Assembly (NCBI GenBank): GCA_965659685.1
Contig: CBFHXB010000009.1
Location: 17,508-81,507, forward strand
DNA: 64,000 nt
Source: Candidatus Poseidoniaceae archaeon
GTDB taxonomy: Archaea; Thermoplasmatota; Poseidoniia; Poseidoniales; Poseidoniaceae
Direction of reading: 5' to 3'
Shown: piece after piece, positions 38,301 through 45,548 of the stretch
Layout: each line of letters opens with the position of its first letter
How positions within the stretch are numbered: position 1 is the first letter of the stretch
Position numbers and translations under genes: made by a program
The notes under the pieces: model-generated
What the model saw: the letters and a program-made list of their open reading frames with translations, nothing else
Told to the model about the DNA's origin: nothing
Databases searched by the model: none

Positions 38301-38914
38301 AGGAATTCTGGTACATTTGGGAGCAAGCCGAAGACGTGGATGCCATCACCGTCGATGACCTGAGTGGCGTGGTGTACGTCAACGGCATCGACCTTGAAGC
38401 CATGGACCGTGACAACGACGGCGACATCGGCTTTGCTGAAGCCGAACGGCACAGCCTCGCGTGCACCACCACCTACGACCCTCTGGACCTCGATGGCGAC
38501 GGAGTCCCCAACGAGGAGGACGCGTTCCCAGAAGACCCCAAGGAAAGCGAGGATTCCGATGGCGACGGTGTTGGCGACAACGCCGACTTGGTGGCAGGCG
38601 TCAACGATTCGGTGGTGACTTACGGCGCAGTCGTTGCGGTGCTTGGATTGATTGTGCTGCTCTTGCTCACCATGTTGCGTCGAGGACCGGGCGGATCTCA
38701 AGCGGTCGACCCCTGGGCCGACATGGGCGACGAGAAGCAAATGCCTGAGTTGTTTGGACCATCACAGATGGCGACAGAGCACGAACCAAGGCTTGGGATG
38801 AACCCGCTTCAGGAGGAAGAAATTCCACCACGAGAAACGGAAATCCCCAGCATGACGGATCTCCCACCGCCCCTCGAAGAGGCCATTCCAAGTGGCCCCT
38901 TGGAATGGCGCTGA
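35378..38914 (+). CDS. large secreted type-I membrane protein: C-type-lectin-like, LamG-like, PPC-like, EF-hand and TSP3-like repeats, then a TM helix and cytoplasmic tail
   Basis: Signal peptide: ALALVSLLVLSTTMAVVAPTAGA. CTLD signature: WTEAAQAA..GFLVTV..EN.WL..LWTGLSD..EGVFRWHDG..W..NQPS..EDYVHI..GDWNDLEND. LamG-like: LRFDGDDDHV...LTIEARI...FSGMIDDVSI. PPC-like: QYYVNVTEPLADLSVKTYGGEGNVDLAISYG and QYFSIDVPEGTERLEISLDDGTGEADLHLAYE. EF loops: DRDRDGIVTLDE (38159-38194) and DRDNDGDIGFAE (38405-38440). TSP3-like: DLDGDGVPNEEDAFPEDPKESEDSDGDGVGDNAD. TM helix: AVVAVLGLIVLLLLTML followed by RR, then about 80 aa of tail. Confidence 0.8.
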   Translation: MQHGSHRALALVSLLVLSTTMAVVAPTAGAESSLDIQVIDTKVNPANNHTYHLLSASSWTEAAQAARGLEGFLVTVDDEAENSWLHATWGNDGNVTRHLWTGLSDAGEEGVFRWHDGTPFLHRQWGENQPSMTDVEDYVHITGPNMGSIEPGDWNDLENDPQYFPVYGVVELGPGADFALRFDGDDDHVITSDDTSLQAPAASGELTIEARIQPVETDGIHTIVMYGDHGYGLYLDDGRLGYASEYSLSKNPLSDVNMTVPEGVWSTVAVAVNATTGGTFFLNGEAIGSFGADQAEIPAGDFGSNDCYEAGLSCENLVIGRHGAGADRYHFSGMIDDVSIAAIDARIAGPNGSIGLGPFTETLSEWTFGEGEGDQTYDHMNRTGAIEGAAWVMPDGSIVAQAMELENGDELNLDGISAGDTLLFFSELPEYTRSLSVQAFAWAENEGKEDGEAEFVLYHDVDRVPSAWSHMDEVEDWGWGGVFASYTWPEAGVHWFALQATSSLDEFSLWAEWEVAEAPPSLDEMIELKHGIPVADQDLQGQRENEFGESIQYYVNVTEPLADLSVKTYGGEGNVDLAISYGGPPDPFGIWGEWDIGFPSVSGDGDEVEFEDWSVGMGTEEEVHLYNLQPGTYYITAYTWRMARDYSIVADLTPLPTNAEASDAIELTPGVPYGPFSGYEGLNQYFSIDVPEGTERLEISLDDGTGEADLHLAYESTPTSTVFDERSVAPGPNDRVAFNDPTPGTWMILVHTDRVFSGTSILAEFTDRYVWDWDGEPIQLFNGESIEGIEAPEGTMLEFYGILERPVSPLEIDTWGESGEVELDVEAEPYDWETFFDDGPRGRQFDGESWMEGEGVEWTWSMNTAANGRFDVTVDVLEDVSGFGIVASWTESELPPVDDDDDDDAGNEEPFEPEGCLERTKAWFESLDRDRDGIVTLDEHRPHPSTGTPGQDLDLNEDERLQMGELEVDLCSCSEEFWYIWEQAEDVDAITVDDLSGVVYVNGIDLEAMDRDNDGDIGFAEAERHSLACTTTYDPLDLDGDGVPNEEDAFPEDPKESEDSDGDGVGDNADLVAGVNDSVVTYGAVVAVLGLIVLLLLTMLRRGPGGSQAVDPWADMGDEKQMPELFGPSQMATEHEPRLGMNPLQEEEIPPRETEIPSMTDLPPPLEEAIPSGPLEWR

Positions 38915-38919
38915 GCCAC

Positions 38920-39888
38920 CTAGGACCCTTTTGGCCGGAGGGCCAAACGGATGGGTCGCATCAGCCGGAGGACGTGCGCGTGGAGTTCCGGCAGGATTCT
39001 GAACATCACCAAGGCCAAGCCGTACATCGCAAGAAGGGCGACCACACGGGCGGCATACGTGTGGGCAAATTCGAACATCCGTAATCCGAAGACTTCCACT
39101 TCGCCATGGATGGCGTGAAGCCACACGATGCCGGCGTTTCGGAAGATGTTCAGCACGTGGATCAAGGGTAGGGTCAACAGCAGGGCACGCAGGCGTCGCT
39201 TCCATGGCATGTCCAACACCGCGATGGCCCCCACGAAGACGATCATCGACTGGAGGGCCGTGCAAGCCAACACAATGTTGACCCCAACAGAGGAGCCGTC
39301 GGCCCACACCAAGTCGGTTTGAATCGGATATTCACCGAAGGGCTGGCTCCAAAACCAGACGTTACCTTCCCATTCTTGCCAGAGGACCTGACCCTCTGGC
39401 GTGCTGACGTAAGTCTCCCCAACGTGAACATCACCGGCGCCGGTGAACCTCAACATCAGTGCAGATTGAGAAGCGACGGCGACGATGGCCAAGCGGCTCA
39501 ACCACGGCACGTGGTAGGTCGCAAGGTAGGGGAGCCCCGCCAAAGCCACGGCACCCTTGAGCCAACGAAGCGCCGATTTGTCACGCACCTCCTCCACGTT
39601 CCACTCCCACCAAGCCACGCCCAAGGACGCCGGCAAGGCTGCGCTGAGCATCACGGTCAGCACGGGGTCTCCCTCCTGCCAATAGCCGTCTGCCATGAGG
39701 AAAAATCCGAAGCCGACCAAGGGCCAACCCACGAGGCTCGCGCGTTGCACGAGCGGGTGCTTCGACAGCGAGAGGCCCAAGAGCAGCATGCCCGAGGCAA
39801 GCAGTCCAATGGACTCCACGGACGCTCCCGCCATGGCCCCAAATGCTCGGCGTTGGTCTTCAACCCTCTGCGTTGAACCGCGCACCAT
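38920..39888 (-). CDS. archaeosortase/exosortase-family transpeptidase-like membrane protein
   Basis: Polytopic. It has a candidate catalytic Cys in IVLACTALQSMIVF and a conserved-type PLIHVLNIFRNAGIVWLH (N..R then H) about 35 aa downstream. I chose the ATG at 39888 because the 446-aa track ORF runs antisense into the next gene. Confidence 0.6.
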   Translation of the reverse strand: MVRGSTQRVEDQRRAFGAMAGASVESIGLLASGMLLLGLSLSKHPLVQRASLVGWPLVGFGFFLMADGYWQEGDPVLTVMLSAALPASLGVAWWEWNVEEVRDKSALRWLKGAVALAGLPYLATYHVPWLSRLAIVAVASQSALMLRFTGAGDVHVGETYVSTPEGQVLWQEWEGNVWFWSQPFGEYPIQTDLVWADGSSVGVNIVLACTALQSMIVFVGAIAVLDMPWKRRLRALLLTLPLIHVLNIFRNAGIVWLHAIHGEVEVFGLRMFEFAHTYAARVVALLAMYGLALVMFRILPELHAHVLRLMRPIRLALRPKGS

Positions 39889-39933
39889 GAATACGGTGAC
39901 CAACCTCAAGGGCCAAGGAGGGAGAGGGGAGCC

Positions 39934-40548
39934 ATGGACGGTCCGTTGGTGCACGCCCTCCGCTCGTTCCCCGGGGGGGCGGTGGATGCACCCATCGCCT
40001 TCCTTGACCGTGACGGCGTGCTCAACGTGAGCCTCGACGGCTACGTCAACACCCCTGAAGAATTGAGCTTGATTCGAGGCACAGCGGAGGCAATGCGAGC
40101 ACTCCGCGAGGCCGGTTTCTTGCTGTGCGTGGTCACCAATCAGTCCGCCGTGGATCGAGGGCACTGGGGCGAGGAACGCCTGCATCAGATCCACGACCGG
40201 CTCCATGATGTGCTCAAGGAAGACGATGCACAACCCGACCTCATCCTCTCCTGTCCACATCTGCCATGGGCTCGGTGCGGTTGCCGCAAGCCGGGAACTG
40301 GAATGTTGGAACTGGGGTCACACCTGCTTCGCTCATCGGACGGTTTCGGACCGATGCGAGAACGATGGACAGAACCGTATGCAGGAACCGCACATGCGGG
40401 CGACGTCATGGTCGGCGATCGAAGGTCTGACGTTCAGGCCGGTCTGGATTTCGGCGCACGTTCCTTCTTTTCACGAAGGGACGTTGGCCTGTCCCACCTG
40501 GTGGCGCGTGTGCTTGATTTCGACGACCAAGGTGACGGAGTGGGCTGA
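39934..40548 (+). CDS. HAD-IIIA phosphatase, GmhB (D,D-heptose 1,7-bisphosphate phosphatase)-like
   Basis: Contains IAFLDRDGVLN, CVVTNQSAV, CGCRKPGTGM and MVGDRRSDVQAG. Confidence 0.7.
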   Translation: MDGPLVHALRSFPGGAVDAPIAFLDRDGVLNVSLDGYVNTPEELSLIRGTAEAMRALREAGFLLCVVTNQSAVDRGHWGEERLHQIHDRLHDVLKEDDAQPDLILSCPHLPWARCGCRKPGTGMLELGSHLLRSSDGFGPMRERWTEPYAGTAHAGDVMVGDRRSDVQAGLDFGARSFFSRRDVGLSHLVARVLDFDDQGDGVG

Positions 40549-41781
40549 ATGGGTTGGCTGGGCTTGGACGACACCGACCACTTGGGGGGCGGTTGCACCA
40601 CGTGGACCATGCACGTCGTGTTGTCCAACCTTCCACGCGGCGTTCGACCGCTGAACGATCCATGCCTCGTGCGCTTGTATCCCATGGCCAAAGCAAGAAC
40701 GCGAGGGAACGCCGCCCTCGCCGCTGAACTCCACGTGGACATTCCTCGAGAGGAATGGTTCGCTTGGCTCCAACAGATGTGGAAGGAACATGTTGCTCCC
40801 CTTGCAGGCCGACGTACGGAATCAAGCCACGCCACCAGGAAACAGGTCGCGAGCGATCCCGGCATGGTCTGGTTTGAAAACAAGCCCAGTAGCCGGTTCT
40901 ATAGCCTTGCCGTTCGTCAGGAAACGTCGCTTGCTGAAGCACCAAAACCCGATTGGGAAGCAGGCGGGTTGGGAAAAATCGGAGCGATTGCGGCCGTGTC
41001 TTGGCCAAATGAAGTCAGCACATGGGAGGGCATCGCGTGGCGTGGCGAATTGGACGGGCCGCGGACCCTCGACGAAAACGTGTTGAAGCATCTCGATGGA
41101 GACCAACGCCTCGTCGCTTGCCGAGACCCGCGTCAAGGACGTGGACTCCTCGCCCCCAGAGGTACTTCACCGGTGCTGTTTGGCCTTCGAGGAACCGTAC
41201 GCAGCGCCGTGAAGGACGGCATGGCGGCGCTCATGGCAGGGAGCGGAACCGAACCCAACACAGGTTCCTCCTTGTTTCGCACGAACCAAGGAAGCGGAGA
41301 TCATCTGACCGCGCCCACATCGGCTACCGTGGAGAAGGTCCAGGTGCTCCGAGGAGGGCACGTTGCCTTGACCACGAGCGATGGCACATGGTTGGCCTTC
41401 GCTCCCTCTGGCCCGGTCCGAGACCTCGCCGCTCAGCTCATGCCCGGCGATCGTGTGCTGGGAATTGGTCTGGTCGGTGAGGACGAGGGGCGCAAAGGTC
41501 GCCACCTTGAGGCGTTGAAACACCTCAGTGGACCCGTTCGTCAACGACGTCGACCGTCCTGCACTGCCTGTGGTCGTCGCATGAAATCAGCAGGCCGAGA
41601 CCAAGGATTGCGCTGCCCCACATGCAAACACCGGGACGTGGATCGCTGGGTCGGGGAGGAGGTCATGCCAACGGCGTGGATTCAACCGCCCGTGGACCGT
41701 CGACGCCACCTCGCCCCCGACATCAACACGTGGGCTTCAGAACGGCCTGACTGGACCGAACAAGGACCGGCACCTTCCTAA
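40549..41781 (+). CDS. tiaS: tRNA(Ile2) 2-agmatinylcytidine synthetase TiaS
   Basis: Begins MGWLGLDDTDHLGGGCTTW. Also contains LVRLYPMAKARTRGNAA, the C-terminal Zn ribbon CTACGRRMKSAGRDQGLRCPTCKHR, and PPVDRRRHL. Confidence 0.85.
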   Translation: MGWLGLDDTDHLGGGCTTWTMHVVLSNLPRGVRPLNDPCLVRLYPMAKARTRGNAALAAELHVDIPREEWFAWLQQMWKEHVAPLAGRRTESSHATRKQVASDPGMVWFENKPSSRFYSLAVRQETSLAEAPKPDWEAGGLGKIGAIAAVSWPNEVSTWEGIAWRGELDGPRTLDENVLKHLDGDQRLVACRDPRQGRGLLAPRGTSPVLFGLRGTVRSAVKDGMAALMAGSGTEPNTGSSLFRTNQGSGDHLTAPTSATVEKVQVLRGGHVALTTSDGTWLAFAPSGPVRDLAAQLMPGDRVLGIGLVGEDEGRKGRHLEALKHLSGPVRQRRRPSCTACGRRMKSAGRDQGLRCPTCKHRDVDRWVGEEVMPTAWIQPPVDRRRHLAPDINTWASERPDWTEQGPAPS

Positions 41782-41804
41782 TCCGCCGGTCATGATGGGG
41801 GCTC

Positions 41805-42044
41805 ATGTCCGAACAAACCACCGTGACCATCACAACGGCGCTGGCCGGCTTGATGTTCCTCGCCTTGGTGGGCTTTGTCATCTGGAAAGCACGGCAAAAC
41901 CGCGCTTTGGCCTTGAGCAAGACCGCCCCGAAGGTGGCGGGTGAAGACCCACTCGAAGGAGGAGCGCGACGTCCCGAGGATTTCGAGGAGCCAAGCGATG
42001 AAGACCTTGAAATGATGGGTGATCTCCTCGGAGAAATTGAGTGA
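41805..42044 (+). CDS. small single-pass membrane protein with an acidic tail
   Basis: 79 aa. TM helix ALAGLMFLALVGFVIW. Codon position 3 is G/C-rich. The stop directly abuts the stop of the convergent gene. Confidence 0.45.
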   Translation: MSEQTTVTITTALAGLMFLALVGFVIWKARQNRALALSKTAPKVAGEDPLEGGARRPEDFEEPSDEDLEMMGDLLGEIE

Positions 42045-42626
42045 TCAGACCGCTTCGAGCCCTTCATCGACGATGCGGACCCGTTGCTCTCCCTCTGGCC
42101 CTTCCAAGCGTCGAATCCCGGTGACGTCGACGACCAACCTCCACGATTCGAACCCCGCCTCTTCAAGCCGTTCGTTCCCACGGACCCTGAACCCGTCCTC
42201 CGCGTCCATATCCGTTCCAAGTTTGGTCGTGGCCAACAACGGAATACCGTCCAAACCCTTGGCCAGCGCGCTCAACGCATCCATCGATGCTGCAGGGATG
42301 CGGCCTGTCGCAGGCGCCCAATCGTCCATGACCACAAGGCCAACACCCGGCAAGGACGTGGCCGCTTGGAGGAGGGATTTCGTGACCAGATCCATGCGTC
42401 CAACCAGGTTCATCGCGTGGAACCTCGTGGCCGTGGTGGGCGGCAGCCCACCGATGATTTGGGCGAAACGCGCCGGATCCGGCATCTCAGGTGAAGCCCA
42501 CAGCACGCGCTTGCCGTCTTCCAACGCACGCAGTGCCATGTGAAGCGCCAAGCATGTGGCACCGGCACCGGATTCGCTGGCGAGGTGAACCTTCGAGGTC
42601 GCAAAGGGTGGTCGCCACGACGCCAT
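42045..42626 (-). CDS. RecA/KaiC-superfamily-like protein with a degenerate P-loop
   Basis: 193 aa from the ATG at 42626. VHLASESGAGATCLALHMALRALEDGKRVLWASPE resembles a KaiC/RadA-type Walker A region but lacks the Lys (GAGAT). LVVMDDW resembles Walker B. Confidence 0.4.
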   Translation of the reverse strand: MASWRPPFATSKVHLASESGAGATCLALHMALRALEDGKRVLWASPEMPDPARFAQIIGGLPPTTATRFHAMNLVGRMDLVTKSLLQAATSLPGVGLVVMDDWAPATGRIPAASMDALSALAKGLDGIPLLATTKLGTDMDAEDGFRVRGNERLEEAGFESWRLVVDVTGIRRLEGPEGEQRVRIVDEGLEAV

Positions 42627-42703
42627 GCACACCCACCCGTGACGAAGGAGAAAGACGCTTCCGGTGTCGGAACGCTCTTGATGTGGCAGTGGGACGACAA
42701 TGC

Positions 42704-42919
42704 ATGGCCGAGGAAACGCGGAGCGCGGAACGCATCCCACGCCGTCCCGCCCCCGAGTTCACCGAAGTCAAGTCCTTTGGCGAGGCCCTGAAGACACACG
42801 GTCTCATCGGGACCGCCGTCGACGACAAGAACCAGTACGGACCCGTTGGCATGATGGTGTTGTTGTTCATCGTGGCGGCCATCACCTCCCTCGGACTTCT
42901 GCTCATTCGCTCCTCCTGA
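42704..42919 (+). CDS. small tail-anchored membrane protein
   Basis: 71 aa from the ATG at 42704. Single C-terminal TM helix MMVLLFIVAAITSLGLLLI. Good G/C third-position bias. It is not the first ATG of the track ORF 42491-42919. Confidence 0.4.
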   Translation: MAEETRSAERIPRRPAPEFTEVKSFGEALKTHGLIGTAVDDKNQYGPVGMMVLLFIVAAITSLGLLLIRSS

Positions 42920-42940
42920 GGCGCAAGGGCTATTCATCCC

Positions 42941-43396
42941 ATGAGCCGGTTTTCGGCCATGGACGGAAGCCATCCTCCCGCAACGATGGCCTTCACCGAC
43001 CGTCGCTGGACCATCATGGCTGCTCTCTTGGGTTCCAACACCGCCGTGATGCTTGTGCATGGCCTTCAGCAAGAGATGAATCCGAGTGTGACCCGCGAAT
43101 TTGCCTTGACCCTCATCGCCGTGACCTTGCCGTTCCAAGCGGTCTACTTCATGATCCACACCTATGCAGATTCCTTCGCCACTCACCTCGCACCCGCTGA
43201 ACGCAGGACCCTTGAACGGCTGTCCACGGTCTGCCAGATCATTGCGTATGCATCGCTGCTTGGTCTGGCCATCCTATGGAGCAACGTCTCACCCTTCGTC
43301 GGTGGAGGTTTCCTCATCGCGTCCTTCTGCGCTTTGCTGATGGTGCGCATGGCCATGAGGGAAGCGCGGTCCTCCGAAGCCGCTCAATCCCCCTGA
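42941..43396 (+). CDS. hypothetical four-helix membrane protein
   Basis: 151 aa with four hydrophobic segments. It follows the previous small ORF by 21 nt. Confidence 0.45.
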   Translation: MSRFSAMDGSHPPATMAFTDRRWTIMAALLGSNTAVMLVHGLQQEMNPSVTREFALTLIAVTLPFQAVYFMIHTYADSFATHLAPAERRTLERLSTVCQIIAYASLLGLAILWSNVSPFVGGGFLIASFCALLMVRMAMREARSSEAAQSP

Positions 43397-43442
43397 GGAC
43401 CGGCCTGCGAAGGTTGATGGGGCGACCACAACGCCGGGGAAC

Positions 43443-44792
43443 ATGGCCTTCTGTCCGTTGGATTACCGCTACGGCTGTCAAGACTTCAAGCAGATTTGGT
43501 CCGAGGACGGGCGTCACGAACGTCAACTCGAGGTGGAACGGGCCCTTGTGTGGGCGCACCAACAGATGGGCCGCGTCAGCGCCGAGGACTATGCGGTCAT
43601 CGAGCGCATCGCCGTCCCTGACGTGGTGACCAAGCAGCGCGTCAGTGAAATCGAAGCCGAAACACGTCACGACATCATGGCCTTGACCAAGGCCATGGCC
43701 GAGGCCGCAGGCGACGCCGGTTGGTGCGTCCATCTCGGCGCGACGTCCAACGACATCGTGGACACCGCAGTGGGCCTCCAACTTAGGGACAGCCTCGTGC
43801 TCCTACGAAAGGCCCTCTGCGACCTCATTTCGGTCTGTGCAGACGTGTCCGAGCGTGAGCGGGACACCGTCATGCTCGGTCGGACCCATGGACAGGCCGC
43901 GGTGCCCATCACCTTCGGACTCAAGGCCGCGGTGTGGCTGGATGAGCTCCGACGCCACTTGATCCGCATCGACGAGGCCAGCCCGAGGATTGCCGTCGGG
44001 AAATTCCTCGGAGCCGTCGGCACCGGAGCGGCTCAAGGGGAAGGCGCTCGAGAACTCCAGCGGCTCATTCTTGAGCACCTTGGCCTCGGCGTGCCCTTGG
44101 CCACCACCCAGGTGGTTGGACGTGACCGGTACATCGAGTACGTTCATTGGATGTCCAACACCGCCACGACCTGTCAGAAAATCCTCACCGAGGTCCGAAA
44201 CCTTCAGCGTTCAGAAATTGCTGAAGCGGGCGAAGGATTCGACGTCAAGAAGCAAGTGGGTTCGTCCACCATGGCCCACAAGAAGAACCCCATCACGAGC
44301 GAAAACGCCAGTGGCCTTGCTCGCATCGTGCGCTCTTTCATCGCACCAAGCCACGAGAACGCCATCCTTTGGCACGAGCGAGACCTTGCCAACTCGAGTG
44401 CAGAACGCTTCACCCTCTCGCATGCCTCCGCGCTGTGCGAGGACGTGTTGGCGAAGACCGCGAAGGTCCTGCGAGGGATGTGGGTCGACGCGGCACGCTG
44501 CCTCAAGAACATCGAGGACCAACGCGGCTTGGTCATGGCAGAGAAGGTCATGATTGAGTTGACCGCTCATGGCATTGGTCGTGACGAGGCCCACGAGATC
44601 CTTCGGACGGCCTCCTTTACCGCCGTTGAAACCGGCGAGCACCTGATGGACATCTGCATGCGAACTCCGGAGATCACCGCGGTGTTCAGCGTTGAAGACT
44701 TGGAGGCGATGTTCAACCCGGCCAATCACATCGGGGTGTCGGGAGAACTCGTCGACGAAGCCGTCGCGCTGGCACGCGCCGCCGTTGCTTGA
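43443..44792 (+). CDS. purB: adenylosuccinate lyase
   Basis: Contains GATSNDIVDTA, GRTHGQAAVPITFG and the fumarate-lyase signature SSTMAHKKNP. Confidence 0.9.
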   Translation: MAFCPLDYRYGCQDFKQIWSEDGRHERQLEVERALVWAHQQMGRVSAEDYAVIERIAVPDVVTKQRVSEIEAETRHDIMALTKAMAEAAGDAGWCVHLGATSNDIVDTAVGLQLRDSLVLLRKALCDLISVCADVSERERDTVMLGRTHGQAAVPITFGLKAAVWLDELRRHLIRIDEASPRIAVGKFLGAVGTGAAQGEGARELQRLILEHLGLGVPLATTQVVGRDRYIEYVHWMSNTATTCQKILTEVRNLQRSEIAEAGEGFDVKKQVGSSTMAHKKNPITSENASGLARIVRSFIAPSHENAILWHERDLANSSAERFTLSHASALCEDVLAKTAKVLRGMWVDAARCLKNIEDQRGLVMAEKVMIELTAHGIGRDEAHEILRTASFTAVETGEHLMDICMRTPEITAVFSVEDLEAMFNPANHIGVSGELVDEAVALARAAVA

Positions 44793-45437
44793 TCAGGTCA
44801 CGATGAGATGCCCTCGCCTTCCGTCCCACACCTGGGTCCATGTGAGGTCCAAACCTTCAGGGAACATCGGGGCGCGAACCACCAGCGTCTCGTACTCACC
44901 GCCCTCTCCATCCACGTTGAACCTGTGCACTTTTGACAGCGCCTCCAAGTCATCGAGCGCGTCGTCGTTCAACGTACGGCCAAGCCATGCCGCGTCGAGT
45001 CCTTCTGCGGACACCGAAGTGACCACCACATCAAATCCATGCGCAGCCAAGCCTCGGAGATGGTCCATTGGACGTTGATGCCACAAGGGCGTCCACGTGC
45101 GCAAGCCGAGTTTCTCACCCAAGCGCTCCAACCGGTTCCGTTGGTAATCTGAACGCAGGGCCCCGCTGACGAACCCGTCCAACTTGTGATCCTTGAGCAT
45201 GGATTCGAGGGCCACAAAATCTGGCCCTTCCGTGCCGTCGATGACCCTGTGGTCCCAGGCCACACCGGCCGCGGCGGCTTGTTCCCCAACGAGGCGGGTG
45301 TTCGGAACTTGGAACATCGGCGAGTCGCCCTCGACGATCAGCGTGACGACCACGGGCACCTCCCATCCTCGGCAGACGGCCCACCACCACGCTGCACACG
45401 AGTCCTTTCCACCGGAGGAGAGCACCGCGACGCGCAT
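44793..45437 (-). CDS. diphthine-ammonia ligase (Dph6/MJ0570-type ATP pyrophosphatase)
   Basis: Begins MRVAVLSSGGKDSCAAWWWA (PP-loop SGGKDS). The 214-aa size and downstream pattern are typical of the archaeal MJ0570 family. Confidence 0.75.
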   Translation of the reverse strand: MRVAVLSSGGKDSCAAWWWAVCRGWEVPVVVTLIVEGDSPMFQVPNTRLVGEQAAAAGVAWDHRVIDGTEGPDFVALESMLKDHKLDGFVSGALRSDYQRNRLERLGEKLGLRTWTPLWHQRPMDHLRGLAAHGFDVVVTSVSAEGLDAAWLGRTLNDDALDDLEALSKVHRFNVDGEGGEYETLVVRAPMFPEGLDLTWTQVWDGRRGHLIVT

Positions 45438-45548
45438 GCCCTTGCGGTGCAGAAGGGCTTCATCAGTCTGTCACCGGAGAAAGAGGGTTCAAATGGGGTG
45501 GACCCGCGGTTCAACCGTAGGCGGCACAGCCGTCTTGGAGGCAACAGT

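Noticed and set aside
36287-38740. 817-aa ORF on the minus strand
   Set aside because: It is antisense to the surface-protein gene, whose domains are recognisable. The product has no recognisable features and a skewed composition.
38590-38914. PGF-CTERM or PEP-CTERM-type sorting signal at the end of the surface protein
   Set aside because: I looked for a P-G-F or P-E-P tripeptide directly before a terminal TM helix and basic cluster and found none. The TM helix is followed by about 80 more residues. I therefore made no canonical sorting-signal call; the finding above discusses the alternative.
39889-40260. Upstream extension of the archaeosortase-like ORF (446-aa version)
   Set aside because: It runs antisense through the GmhB-like gene, which has clear HAD motifs. 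The hydrophobic archaeosortase body starts after the ATG at 39888.
45186-45548. N-terminal extension of the psmA ORF (361-aa version)
   Set aside because: It is antisense to the Dph6-type gene. Proteasome alpha homology starts at MQPSGRGYDHGITTFSPDG, which has a ggagg motif 8 nt upstream.
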